Below, one piece after another: positions 25,482-37,605 of a stretch of DNA of 64,000 nucleotides. Source of the DNA: Malacoraja senta (lineage: Eukaryota); the NCBI GenBank assembly GCA_038087875.1, contig CM075988.1, forward strand, positions 8,806,001 to 8,870,000, given 5' to 3'. The notes under the pieces are model-generated. The model was given only the letters and a program-made list of their open reading frames with translations. It was not told the origin of the DNA and ran no database searches. Made by a program: the position numbers and the translations under genes. The first letter of the stretch is position 1. Every line of letters starts with the position of its first letter.

Positions 25482-26471
25482 AGAAATGGCACAAGAAAGA
25501 CCACAAAATGGTCAACAAACAAGTGAGTAACTGGGCAGCACAGTGATGCTGCAGGTAAGACTGCAGTTGCAGAGCACCAGAGATCCAGCCTTGATTCTGA
25601 CCTCCAGTGCAACCTCGTGATGTTTGTGACTGCAGAAATATCTCCTGGGTGGGAGAGGTTGTTGGCTGGGGGTGAAGTTGGGGGGCGAGAAGGAAGAGAG
25701 ACCATCGGGACTATATTGAATCCTATCGGTGCCCTTTACGTGGTGATTCTTTGCATACATGTGTATTTTATGTAAAACAAAGAATTTCACTGTACCAAGT
25801 ATATGTGACAATAAAATATCAATCAGTCAAGTGGAGCTGGTGGTTGCCAGGGGATCCTTTGCCTCATCATGGTGGGGTTGTCCTGTGTGAGAATGATCCT
25901 AACTCTGTCTCATTTACATTTGTGTTGTAATGCTGCTGCAGTTATGACTTTGCTCTGCACTGGGTGAAGTTAGTTAATACAGTGGCAAGATCAAGTATGT
26001 GGGGGCACAGTAAAACCGATCCCTGTACCTGAAGATTCAGTAGGCTCACATGTCCCTCAGTGGGTTTTCTCCAGGTACTCCGGTTTCCTCCCACACTCCA
26101 AAGATGTGCAGGTTTGTAGGTTACTTGGCTTCGGTAAAATTGTAAATTGTGCCGAGTGTGTAGGATGGTGCTAGTGTATGAGGTGATCACTGGTTGGCAC
26201 GGACTCGGTGAGTCGAAGGGCCTGTTTCTGCACTGCATCCGTAAAGTCTAAACCCTCAGGAGAATTGATCTGAGAATTGAGTCTTTAAATTTCTCTTTAA
26301 ATTATTCCAAATAATTTAAAAGATTAGTACAGTTCTACATCAGTAGTTATTTGCAAATTTGCTTAGTACATTTCTGTTAGTGTTAAAGAATGTACAGATT
26401 TAGTTTGATTGTTTTAGTTAGCATGCTGCTAACTTTCCTTTTCTAAGGTATCTTATGTTTCTTCTTCCCAG

Positions 26472-26667
26472 ATGTTAATTTACACGAACAACAGAATTAT
26501 GCCAACGCCTGACGCCCGTGTTGGTTTCCTGCATTCGAAGCTAAACAGAGATGTGTCTATATATATCAACAACACCACTTTAGCTGATACAGCTCTGTAT
26601 ACTTGCATAATAATTACTACAAATCCTCATGTCTGGAAAGAGAAATCAACCAATCTGGCCGTGCTGA
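26472..26667 (+). CDS. ESAM: ESAM exon: C-terminal half of Ig V domain
   Basis: cttcttcccag| and |gtatgt; phase 0 to 1; MLIYTNN...DVSIYINNTTLADTALYTC...NLAVL contains the V-set DxAxYxC motif. Confidence 0.9.
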
Positions 26668-26844
26668 GTATGTGCAGTCTGCTCTTATTATTACAAACCT
26701 CTGTATAAGGGTTTCAGTCATAGCATTCAGCGCCTCCCCATGGTAATCAGACAGTACTGTCTCTTTCAGGGCACAGGCTGCTAGTTACACTGCGGGTGGT
26801 CACTGACATTGACAAGCAATTGCTTCAATTGACACTTTTGTTTT

Positions 26845-27163
26845 GTTTAGAGATGCAGCGTGGAAACAGGCCCTTCGGCCCACCCCATTCGTGCCGACCA
26901 GCGATCACCCCGTACACAAGCACTATCTTACACACTAGGGAAAATTTACAATCTTTACCAAGGCCAAACGTACAAACGTTTGTACAACTGGCAAATGTAC
27001 AAACCTGTACGTCTTTGGTGTGCGGGTGGAAACTGGAGCATCCGGGGAAAACGTACAAACTACACACGGACAACACTCGTCAGCACAGCACAGCGTTAGG
27101 ACGGAACCCAGGCCTCCGGCGCTGTGAGGCAGCAACTTGACAGCTGCGCCACCATGCCACCCC
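26845..27163 (-). mobile_element. V-SINE; a partial + strand copy also lies at about 26058-26252
   Basis: Family consensus. Confidence 0.8.
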
Positions 27164-27929
27164 TTAGCGCAATGATACTCTATTAAAAAATGTATCAAAC
27201 GCCATTCAGTTTGCAGTAACAAAAATATTTTTTTAGCTGATAAAAAGAACATTGCATTTGTAAAAAACTATTTTCATGGAGTAATTGGATCGAATCCCTT
27301 ACTCGGTTGTAGTGGACAATCAGCAATTATAGATACCGTTCCCGTCCCATGGTCTGATATAAGGAGGGTTATCTGCATAACAATCTGCTCCCTCTGGCTC
27401 CAATCTGATCTAACGAACTACAATTCCCAGGATGCTCTGCACCAGTGGGACTTGGCTAGGGGGTGCACATGTGCTGAGAATAAGGGGAGAGTGGCAGGTT
27501 TCTTGGCAGGACAGACACGATGTGGGGTGCCTGAGAATAGTATATCAGGATTGCTAGAGTGGATCCCATAGTTTTAAGGCAATGATGCCCTGCTCTTCAT
27601 TACGGAGACTCCCTCTGCCATTCTTCGGTTTGGTGTAGGATAATATACCGTGATGCTGGATCATACTGCTAAAGGTACGGTAGAATGCAAATATCCAAAC
27701 GTACCATCACCATCTGACACCACACTGGCAAAGGGCGCAGGGTAAAGCCAAGACAAATTCCCATACAAGTCTTGAACCCAGCCTGACTTGGAGATTTGTC
27801 ATCACTCTCTGAATCCTGAAACTCCGTACTCATGAGCACCATGGGAGAGCCTCATTCCAATGGGCTGCAGTTTCCAGGAGCAAATAGTGAAGGGGAATAC
27901 ATTCTGGCCTTTCCTACAATACCACAATC

Positions 27930-28221
27930 TGAGCAGTAGAGTTGCTACCTTACAGTGCCAGACCCTGACTACAGGTTCGATCCTGACTTTGTGTGCTTGT
28001 CTGTACGGAGTTTGTACGTTCTCCTCGTGACCTGTGTGGGTTTTCTCTGAGATCCTCCCACACTCCAAAGACGTACAGGTTTGTAGGTTAATTGGCTTGG
28101 GATAAATATATCAATGTAAAATTGTCCCTAGTAGTGTTAATGTGCAGGGATCGTTGGTCGGTGCAGACTCGGTGGGGCGAAGGGCCTGTTTCCGTGCTGT
28201 ATATCTAAACTAAACTAAACT
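27930..28221 (+). mobile_element. V-SINE
   Basis: Family consensus with (CTAAA)n tail. Confidence 0.8.
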
Positions 28222-28394
28222 GAACCACAAACTGCAAATTAATTAAAAAGGAACATTTCTTTTGTCCAGAGATTCTTATGTTTTTAAAAAAAGATCAGGG
28301 AGTTCACTCTGAGTATTGTAGCAATTGCAATGTGCTTCACATGTGCTAAGCATCCGTCTCATTTTATTTTGTATTCCCCTTCCCCTCAAAACAG

Positions 28395-28550
28395 TTCCAC
28401 CCTCAACACCAAAATGCTACGTGATCGGAACTCAGTTTATTGGGCATAACGTGACCCTGACCTGCCGCTCGACACGGGGAAAACCAGTCCCCACCTACAC
28501 CTGGCAACGCAATACTCCCAAGCCACAGTTTTTTAACTTCCCAGCCCACA
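28395..28550 (+). CDS. ESAM: ESAM exon: first half of Ig C2 domain
   Basis: aaacag| and |gtgagt; phase 1 to 1; IPPSTPKCYVIGTQFIGHNVTLTCRSTRGKPVPTYTWQR...FFNFPAH matches the CTX-family PPxxPxC/NVTLxC/YxW pattern. Confidence 0.92.
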
Positions 28551-29206
28551 GTGAGTATGAAAACTAAATTGCTTTCATTGATTTATGTCATCTCTCGCTG
28601 AATTCTCATGAATAAACAAGAAGAATCATAAAGATTTCATACCGTGCAACAGAGACTACATTTTCAACGTGCTTCTTGTCTGTAGAGTGCTTTAAGATGT
28701 CCTGATGTTGGGATAAACAGGATATGTGCATTGAGAGAGTCATAGTCATACAGCGTAGAAAGAGGACCTTCAGCCCAACTTGCCCACGCTGATCAAGATG
28801 CCCCCATCTGCACTCCCAGCTCACTAGGCCTATCTCCCTCGCACTCTGTCCAAGCTCACTTTCTCTTATCTAGCCAGAGGCTCCTCATGGTGTCTCCCTC
28901 CTACACCTGGAGTTCCCTTGGTCTCTCTCGCTTGTATTTTCCAAGGTCCCTTTGTCTCTCTTTCTCTTACTCTCCCCCAACTTCTGAGGTCTCTCTTTAC
29001 TCCCCCCTCCCTCCCATACTCTCCCCCGTTCCCCAGGCCTCTCTCTTTCCTGCTCTACCCCATGTTCCGCAGGACTCTTTCCTACTCATTTTGTTGGACC
29101 AAACACTACTCCCTCTGGCTTGATATACTTTGGTGACCCATTTTGGACATTGCCAGGGATGGTGACCTCCCAGTTTAAAATTCTCTGATATAACTGGATC
29201 ATTAAT

Positions 29207-29234
29207 CTGAAGAAGGGTTTCGGCCCGAAACGTT
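29207..29234 (+). ncRNA. Putative minimal hammerhead ribozyme motif in a Penelope-type repeat
   Basis: CUGAAGA-A-GGGU(UUCG)GCCC-GAAA-CGUU. Confidence 0.5.
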
Positions 29235-30255
29235 GCCTATCTCCTTCGCTCCATAGATGCTGCTGCACCCGCTGAGTTTCTCCAGCATTTTTGTGTAATC
29301 TCGAACAGAGACTTGCTTGATGTATTTGCATGTTGGCCTCCATGGAATAGAGGGATAGAAATGTATTGTCTATCAGTGACTATAATAACTCCTCTGAAGT
29401 TAATGGAATTGAAATTCTCTAGAAGTTCAAGTTCACATTTATTACCACATGCAACAATTGAAGCACAGTGGAATTAGACTTACCATGCAGCCATACAATC
29501 AAAAGAGCACAATACACAATAGAATACAACCTGAACATCCACCACAGTGGAATCAACAATCTTCACTGTGGTGGAAGGCAATAACGTTCAGTCAGTCCTC
29601 CTACTTTGTTCATCCGTGGTCGGGGCCATGAACACTCCGCAGTCGCCGCTACGGACAGCCCGATGTATAGACCCTGTCGTCGGGATGCTCGAAACTCCCA
29701 CGTCGGGACGGACGGACAGTCCGCGACTTGGAGGTCCCGAATCGGCCTGAAATGTGCAATACCGGCTTTACACAAACACACTCAAATCACAATGTATGTG
29801 AGCGCACACAGACACAGGCACACACGCACTTGTACACACAAACACATACACACGTACACACAAGTGTACACACACATCCAACTCTATCCCCATAATCCCT
29901 TTTTTTTTTTAAATCTCGAACTCTTTGTCCACTTTCTTTTCATTTTTTCAATGTTACAATTGAACCATGTTGCACCAGCATTTCAGGCAGTGAATCTCCT
30001 CATCAGATCTTAAAAGTGGTTAAAAAATAGTTCTTCATTTTTTTTTAATCCTTTTACATTCACCAGATCCATTTCTTCTGGTTAGTCATACTTTGGCAAC
30101 TGAAAAACATCTCAATTTGTGGGCTGTCAAAACCATTTCTTGGCTCGAAATTGATAGCACAAGGTTATAATTTAATATGCTAGATAATTTGATTTCTGCG
30201 AATAAAATATGAAAGGATTGAAAATTTAGCATGAAAATTTGTGACTGGTTCTGTT

Positions 30256-33200
30256 AAACATAGAAACATAGAAAATAGGTGCAGGAGGAGGCCATTTGGC
30301 CCTTTGAGCCAGCACCGCCATTCATTGTGATCATGGCTGATCGTCCCCTATCAACAACCCGTGCCTGCCTTCTTCCCATATCCCTTGACTCCACTAGCCC
30401 CTAGAGATCTATCTAACACTCTCCGAAATCCATCCAGTGATTTGGCCTCCACTGCCCTCTGTGGCAGGGAATTCCATAAATTCACAACTCTCTGGGTGAA
30501 AAAGTTTTTTCTCACCTCAGTCTTAAATGACCTCCCCTTTATTCTAAGACTGTGGCCCCCTGGTTCTGGACTCGCCCAACATTGGGAACATTTTTCCTGC
30601 TTGTCCAGTCCTTTTATAATTTTATATGTTTCTATAAGAACCCCCTCATCCTTCTAAACTCCAGTGAATACAAGCCTAGTCTTTTCAATCTTTCCTCAAT
30701 TGACAGTCCCGCCATCCCAGGGATCAATCTCGTGAACCTACGCTGCACTGCCTCAATCACAATACAATACAATACAATACAATACAATTTATTTGTTGTC
30801 ATTTGAACCTCATTGAGGTTCAAACAAAATTTGGTTTCTGCAGTCAAGGATGTCCTTCCTCAAATTAGGAGACGAAAAACTGTACACAATACTCCAGATG
30901 TGGTCTCACCAGAGCCCTATACAACTGCAGAAGAAACTCTTTACTCCTATACTGAAATCCTCTTGTTATGAAGGCCAACATTCCATTAGCTTTTTTCACT
31001 GCCTGCTGTACCTGCACGCCAACTTTCAGTGACCGGTGTACAAGGACACCCAGGTCTCGCTGTACCTCCCCCTTACCTAACCTAACCCCATTGAGATAAT
31101 AATCTGCCCCTTTGTTTTTGCTGCCAAAGTGGATAACTCACATTTATCTATATTATACTGCATCTGCCACGCATCTGCCCATTCACTCAACCTGTCCAGG
31201 TCACCCTGCAACTTCCTAACATCCTCTTCATAGTTCACACTGCCACCCAGCTTTGTGTCATCTGCAAACTTGCTAGTGTTGCTCCTAATTCCCTCTTCCA
31301 AATCATTAATATATATGGCAAACAGTTGCGGCCCCAACACCGAGCCTTGCGGCACTCCACTCGCCACTGCCTGCCATTCTGAAAAGGACCCATTCACTCC
31401 TACTCTTTGCTTCCAGTCTGCCAACCAATTTTCTATCCATGTCAACACCCTACTCCCAATACCATGTGCTCTAATTTTAGTCACCAGTCTCCCATGCGGG
31501 ACCTTATCAAAGGCTTTCTGAAAGTCTAGAAACACTACATCCACTGGCACCCCTTCATCCATTTTATTTGTCACATCCTCAAAAAATTCCAGAAGATTAG
31601 GCAAGCATGATTTCCCTTTCATAAATCCATGTTGACTTGGACTAATCCTTTTACCGCTATCCAAATGCCCCATTATTACCTCTTTAATAATTGACTCCAG
31701 CATCTTTCCCACCACCGAAGTCAGGCTAACTGGTCTGTAATTCCCCATTTTCTCTCTCTCCTTTCTTGAAAAGTGGGATAACATTAGCTATCCTCCAATC
31801 CACAGGAACTGATCCTGAATCTATTGAACATTGGAAAATGATCACCAATGCGTCCACTATTTCTAGAGCCACCTCTCTGAGGACCCTGGGATGCAGACCA
31901 TCAGGCCCAGGGGATTTATCATCCTTCAGTCCCATTAGCCTACCCAATACTATTTCTCGCCTAATGAATATTTCTTTCAGTTCCTCTACCCCCTTAGATC
32001 CTCTGTCCTCCAGTACATCTGGGAGATTGTTTGTGTCTTCCTTAGTGAAGACAAATCCGAAGTACCTATTCAACTCTTCTGCCATTTCCTTGTTGCCCAT
32101 AATAATTTCACCCGTGTCTGCCTTCAAGGGACCTACATTTGACTTTGCTACTCTTTTTCCCTTAACATATCTAAAGAAGCTTTTACTGTCCTTCTTTATA
32201 TTCCTGGCCAGCTTCCCCTCATACTTCATCTTTTCAGCCCGTATTGCCCGTTTTGTTTCCTTCTGTTGTACTATGAAAGTTTCCCAATCCTCTGGCTTCC
32301 GGCTACTCTTTGCTGTGTTATACATCTTTTCTTTTAGTTTTATTCTATCCCTAACTTCTCTTATCAGCCACAGTTGCCTCCTACTCCCCTTAGAATCTTT
32401 CTTCCTTTTTGGAATGAAATGATCCTGCGTCTCCCGGATTATGCCCAGAAATTCCTGCCATTGCTGTTCCACCGTCATTCCTGCTAGGATCCCTTTCCAG
32501 TCTACTTTGGCCAGCTCCCCTCTCATGCCTTCATAGTCCCCTTTGTTCAACTGCATCACTGCCACTTCCGATTTAACGTTCTCCTTTTCAAATTGCAGGT
32601 TAAAACTAATCATATTATGATCACTACCTCCAAGCGGTTCCTTTACCTCGAGTTCTCTTATCATATCTGGTTCATTGGACAACACTAAATCCAGAATTGC
32701 CTTTTCTCTGGTCGGCTCCATTACAAGCTGCTCTAAGAATCCATCTCGGAGGCATTCTACAAACTCTCTTTCTTGGGGTCCTGAACCAACCTGATTTTCC
32801 CAGTCTACCTGCATATTGAAATCCCCCATCACCATAGTGGCATTACCTTTGTTACATGCCAGTTTTAACTCCTGCTGCAACTTACACCCTACATCTGGGC
32901 TACTATTTGGGGGTCTGTAAATAACACCAATTAGTGTCTTCTTGCCTTTACAATTCCTCAACTCAATCCACAGTGACTCTACCTCGTCAGTCCCTATGTC
33001 TTCCCTCGCAAGGGACTGAATTCCATCCCTCACCAGCAGAGCTACCCCCCCTCCTCTGCCCACCTGCCTGTCCTTTCTATAGGATGTATAACCCTGAATA
33101 TTAAGTTCCCAGGCCCGATTCTCCTGCAGCCACGTCTCAGTAATTCCCACAATGTCATATCTACCAACCTCTAACTGAGCCTCAAGCTCATCTACTTTAC

Positions 33201-33817
33201 TTCTTATACTTCGCGCATTCATATACAATACTTTTAATTCCTTACGCATCTCACCTTTCACATCGATCCCTATTACACTTGGCCATACTCTCCTATCCCT
33301 TTGTGAGCTTCCTTTCCTGTTAATTCTGGGGTCATTAACCCTCCCTTTACTCTCTTTCCCTTTAACTCCATCCTCGACTATCCCATTTGACACCCCACCC
33401 CCATTATTCAGTTTAAAACCACCCGTGTAGCAGTGGCAAACCTGCCTGCCAGAATGCTGGTCCCCCACCTGTTAAGATGCAATCCGTCCCTTTTGTACAG
33501 TTCCCCCTTACTCCAAAACAGATCCCAGTGATCTAAGAATCTAAATCCCTGCCCCTTGCACCAGTTCCTCAGCCACACATTCAGGTCCCGTATCTCCCTG
33601 TTCCTGCTCTCGCCTGCACGAGGAACTGGAAGCAAACCGGAGATAACAACCCTGGAGGTCCTGCTTTTCAGCATTTTTCCGAGCTCTCTAAAGTCACGCT
33701 GCAGAATATTCATCCCCTTCTTTCCGACATCGTTTGTGCCGACATGCACTACCACTTCCGGCTGTTCACCTTCGCCCTTGAGGATTTTCTGCACTCTGTC
33801 CGTGACGTCCTGGATCC
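30256..33817 (-). mobile_element. CR1 LINE, 5'-truncated within ORF1; ORF2 complete in extent (APE + RT) but frameshifted
   Basis: ORF1 esterase motifs VVVHVGTND and DGLHLN (33408-33794); ORF2 YMNARS, ITETW, GDFN, SDH, SPGPDG, QGSVLGP, FADDTK; (TTCTATG)n tail; in the ESAM intron. Confidence 0.95.
30762..30846 (-). mobile_element. Short retroposon 3' end inserted in the CR1 ORF2
   Basis: (ATTGT)n tail with AATAAA interrupting LRKDIL|VIEAVQRRF. Confidence 0.6.
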
Positions 33818-36139
33818 TTCGTGTGTCTGAAATGTAGAGCCCTTCGTGTGTCTGTAATGTAGAGCCCTGAAGATGTATAATAGTGTCTAAGATTGTGCAT
33901 CTCGCACTGAACGCTGCTCCAAGATTTTCATCAGATTTTCATCAGTTTGAAGAAGGGTCGCGACCCGAAACGTCACCCATTCCTTCTCTCCAGAGATGCT
34001 GCCTGTCCCGCTGAGTTACTCCAGCATTCTGTGCCTATCTTTGGTTTAAACCAGCATCTGCAGTTCCTTCCTGGGCACTAAGATTTCCATTGTTGGTTTG
34101 GGTAATTGACATCAACCGTGTCCCTTGCACTGAACCAGGTTTTCAATGCATCTGTGAAGACTGAGAGACACAAGGGAATTTCATGGAGCAAATCCAGGCA
34201 ACGGGAACTGGGAACTTGTCTTGGACAGGCCCTCTCCAATTCTTTTACTTACTGATTCTCCTCCAGATTTACCACTATCTCCCCCCACCATCCCATATCA
34301 CCCAAAACCAAAGTATTTTTTCTTCTTGGAGACGAGTGGACAAAGGGCCCCAGCAATGTTATGGTTGCACATCTGCATTTGGTGACATTGTGGATGCCAG
34401 CAGTGGACTGGGCGGGCCTGTAAGCTCTGCCATTTTGATCATAGATTCTCTGCTGATGTTGGCAATTAAGATTTGATGGAACCTAGAACAGTACAGCACA
34501 AGAACTGGCCCTTCAAACATGATGGCAAATGTATAACTAATCTACCTGCGCGTAATCCATATTCCTCCATTGACTCCATCTCCATGCAGCTATCCAAAAG
34601 CCTTTTCAAAGCCACTATCGTATCTGCCTCAATCATCAACCTTGACAGTGTGTTCCAGGCATACCACCCTCTGTGTAAAATAATTACCCTGCACATCTCC
34701 TTTAAACTTTGTCCCCCTCCCTCTTCACCTTAAATCTATGGCCTGTTTCAGCCATGTCAATGTAAATTATCCATGTTCAGGAAAAGGCAGTTGTAATCCA
34801 TCATAGCATCCAACTTAGACATCCAACGTGAATCGATCAAGCATGCCAGGTACTGTAGGTACAGAAACACAGGGGGGGAGAAAATGATAAGGCCAATCAA
34901 AGGGGGAAAGATAAAACCACAAGTAACTGGGTTGCATCTATTCAGCTTTCTTTACATAGCTCATTTGTATCTCTTTGGGTTATCGCCAAACCAGACCAGA
35001 TAATGGAAGTCCCAAACACTACAAAACATAGACACAGACACAGGAGTAACTCAGAAGGTCAGGCAGCATCTCTGGAGCACATAGATAGGAGACATGTCAG
35101 GTTGAGACCCTTGTTGACAGCATTTTGTGTCTATCTGTGGGATACACTGGCACATACAGTTCACTTTTATTGTATCCCAAATTGTACAGGTTGCTGCAAA
35201 CTATTCTTTATGTAAAGGTGAGTGGTAGAATCTGAAGAGAGTTGATGGGAATATGGAGAAAATAAAAAAAACACAGGATTAATGTTGGATGAGGGAAAAT
35301 GGGTGGTGAGGGTTGGCATGGGCTGAATGGCTCTCTATTATCATCCAGTCATTTCTACTTGTCTTACATAAATTACACTTTTTCGGTCGAGTTTTACTAC
35401 CTGTGAACCATTTTTAAAGAGCAGCCTTTGTTGTTATGTAGGAAAAGTGGGAACAAATTTGTGCACTGAAATCTCCCAAAATAACATTCTGATTATATAC
35501 AGCCACATCTCCATTTGCAAAAGGGACACATTCCTTGAAAACATTTCATTAAACGACATTTTGTAAATCCAAAAAGCAGTGCAAAAGGCATTGTGAGTGT
35601 TTCAATTTATCCCAGTGAACAGATAATGACATGCAAAAAATAGATTTGTAAATCAAAGTTATTTTTCCAAAAATGTGGATGGTATTTGAGCGAAATTTCA
35701 AATATTAAATATTCATATATTGATAAATATATGTATACTTTTTTTTGCTTTGGAGTTCAATCAACAATGTTAATCCTATAATTCTGATATTAGTTTATTT
35801 GTTCCTGGTCAGGCTGAATGTTTGCTTTGATATTAACCCAGATCTGAACCAGTACCAAGGTGTGGGAATATTTATGTCCGCGTTATGAAACAAAGTTAAT
35901 CTCCAGGTGTTCAAACAGGATTTTGTGTTGAGCAGAAGCACTGAAAGTGACTGATTTTGTAGCCAGAATACAAACAGGGTTCATTGCTTATGTTGAGATC
36001 TTGCTTTGATGGTCCAGGCATCTGACCCCACCATTGCAAAGCTAAATATAAAATGGGAGATTATTTAATAGTAGGATCAGGAATTTTATAAATTGGAGCA
36101 ACTGAAAATATTTTTGGAATCCTCTGAATGACAAAGATT

Positions 36140-36484
36140 TTAGGATGTTCCCGATGTTGGTGGAGTCCAGAACCAGGGGTCACACGGTTTAAGAATAAGG
36201 GGTAGGCCATTTAGGACTGAGATGAGGAAAACCTTTTACACCCAGAGAGTTGTGAATCTGTGGAATTCTCTGCCACAGAAGACAGTGGAGGCCAATTCAC
36301 TGGATGTTTTCAAGAGGGAGTTAATGTAGATTTAGTTCTTAGGGCTAAAGGAATCAAGGGATATGGGGAGAAAGCAGGAATGGGGTACTGATTTTAGATG
36401 ATCAACCATGATCATATTGAATGGCAGCGCTAGCTCGAAGGGCCGAAAGGCCTATTCCTGCACCTATTTTTCTATGTTTCTATG
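36140..36484 (+). mobile_element. CR1 3' fragment; others at about 4670-4905(-), 15685-15950(-), 23240-23668(-), 34470-34740(-), 38627-39080(+), 40190-40512(-), 43700-44110(+), 44280-44990(+, old), 46855-47115(-), 49260-49500(-), 50980-51300(-), 60130-60474(+)
   Basis: Shared ESRTRGH/RVVNLWNSLP coding remnants and conserved CR1 3' UTR. Confidence 0.8.
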
Positions 36485-36567
36485 CACATTTAAATAGAAA
36501 ATGTAAAAAAAAACCTGTAGATGCAAGAAATCTGAAATAAGGACAGAAAATATTGGAAACATTTCGC

Positions 36568-36890
36568 AGGGCAACACAATGGCGCAGTGGTACAGTTGCT
36601 GCCTTACAGTGCCAGAGACTCAGGTTCGATCCTAACTACAGGTGCTGTCTGTACTGATTTAGTATGCTCTCCTTGTGACCGCATAGGTTTTCTCCGTATA
36701 CTCCAGTTTCCTCCCACATCCCCAAAACGTACAGGTTCGTAGGTTAATTGGTTAATTGGCTTCTGTAAATTCTAAATTGTCCCTGCTACGTAAGAGTGTG
36801 CTAGTGTATAGGATAATGGCTGGTTGGCGCAGACTTGTGGGGCCGAAGGGCCTGTTTCCACACTGAATCTCTAAAGTAAAGTCTAAAGTC
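36568..36890 (+). mobile_element. V-SINE
   Basis: Family consensus. Confidence 0.85.
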
Positions 36891-37482
36891 AGGCAGAAAA
36901 TCAGAGTTTCAGGTTGAAAACCTCATAATTATTGGGGCAGAGAAAGAGTTGTAATTTGCAGAGAAGGGGGGGGGTGGGGGAGGATGTAAAGGAGACAAAG
37001 GGAATATCCGTGCTGGTTCAGGGACAGGGTGACTGTCGGGATGGGTTGCAAATATGATGAGCATATATCACCATCAGCTCTTACAAGATCATCATTTCAA
37101 GATATCTTGCCCATTTAATAGTCCCAGGTCTTGCCAGAGAATGTTTTGGTATTGAGATGTTGCGTAATCAGGTTATATTGAAGAAAGGTCATATCCCTAG
37201 ACCTGAATAGGAATTCTTAATTTCAAGGCAAACATTCATATCATGGATAGACACAGAATGCTGGAGTAACTCAGCGGGACAGGCAGCATGTTTGGAGAGA
37301 AGGAATGGGTGTATCATGGACTTTAACTAAGTGGAAAATGGAAAAGAGCGTCTTTTCTGATCTAATTCTAGTGGGTATGAATGAAAAGGCACTTGGGATG
37401 TATTTGTGACTTATCCAGCAGGTTGCCGACCTTTGAGTCTTAATTGCATTTTAACTTTCTTAATATAATGTTTATTTTCTAG

Positions 37483-37605
37483 ACTCTCAAATGGGAACTC
37501 TGATACTGAAGAACCTCACCAAGGAGATGTCTGGATTATACATTTGCAGGTCCATAAATTCAATAGGGAATGCATCATGCTCAATACAGATGGATGTGAT
37601 AACTT
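37483..37605 (+). CDS. ESAM: ESAM exon: second half of Ig C2 domain (not in the ORF track)
   Basis: ttttctag| and |gtaagt; phase 1 to 1; NSQMGTLILKNLTKEMSGLYICRSINSIGNASCSIQMDVIT. Confidence 0.92.
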
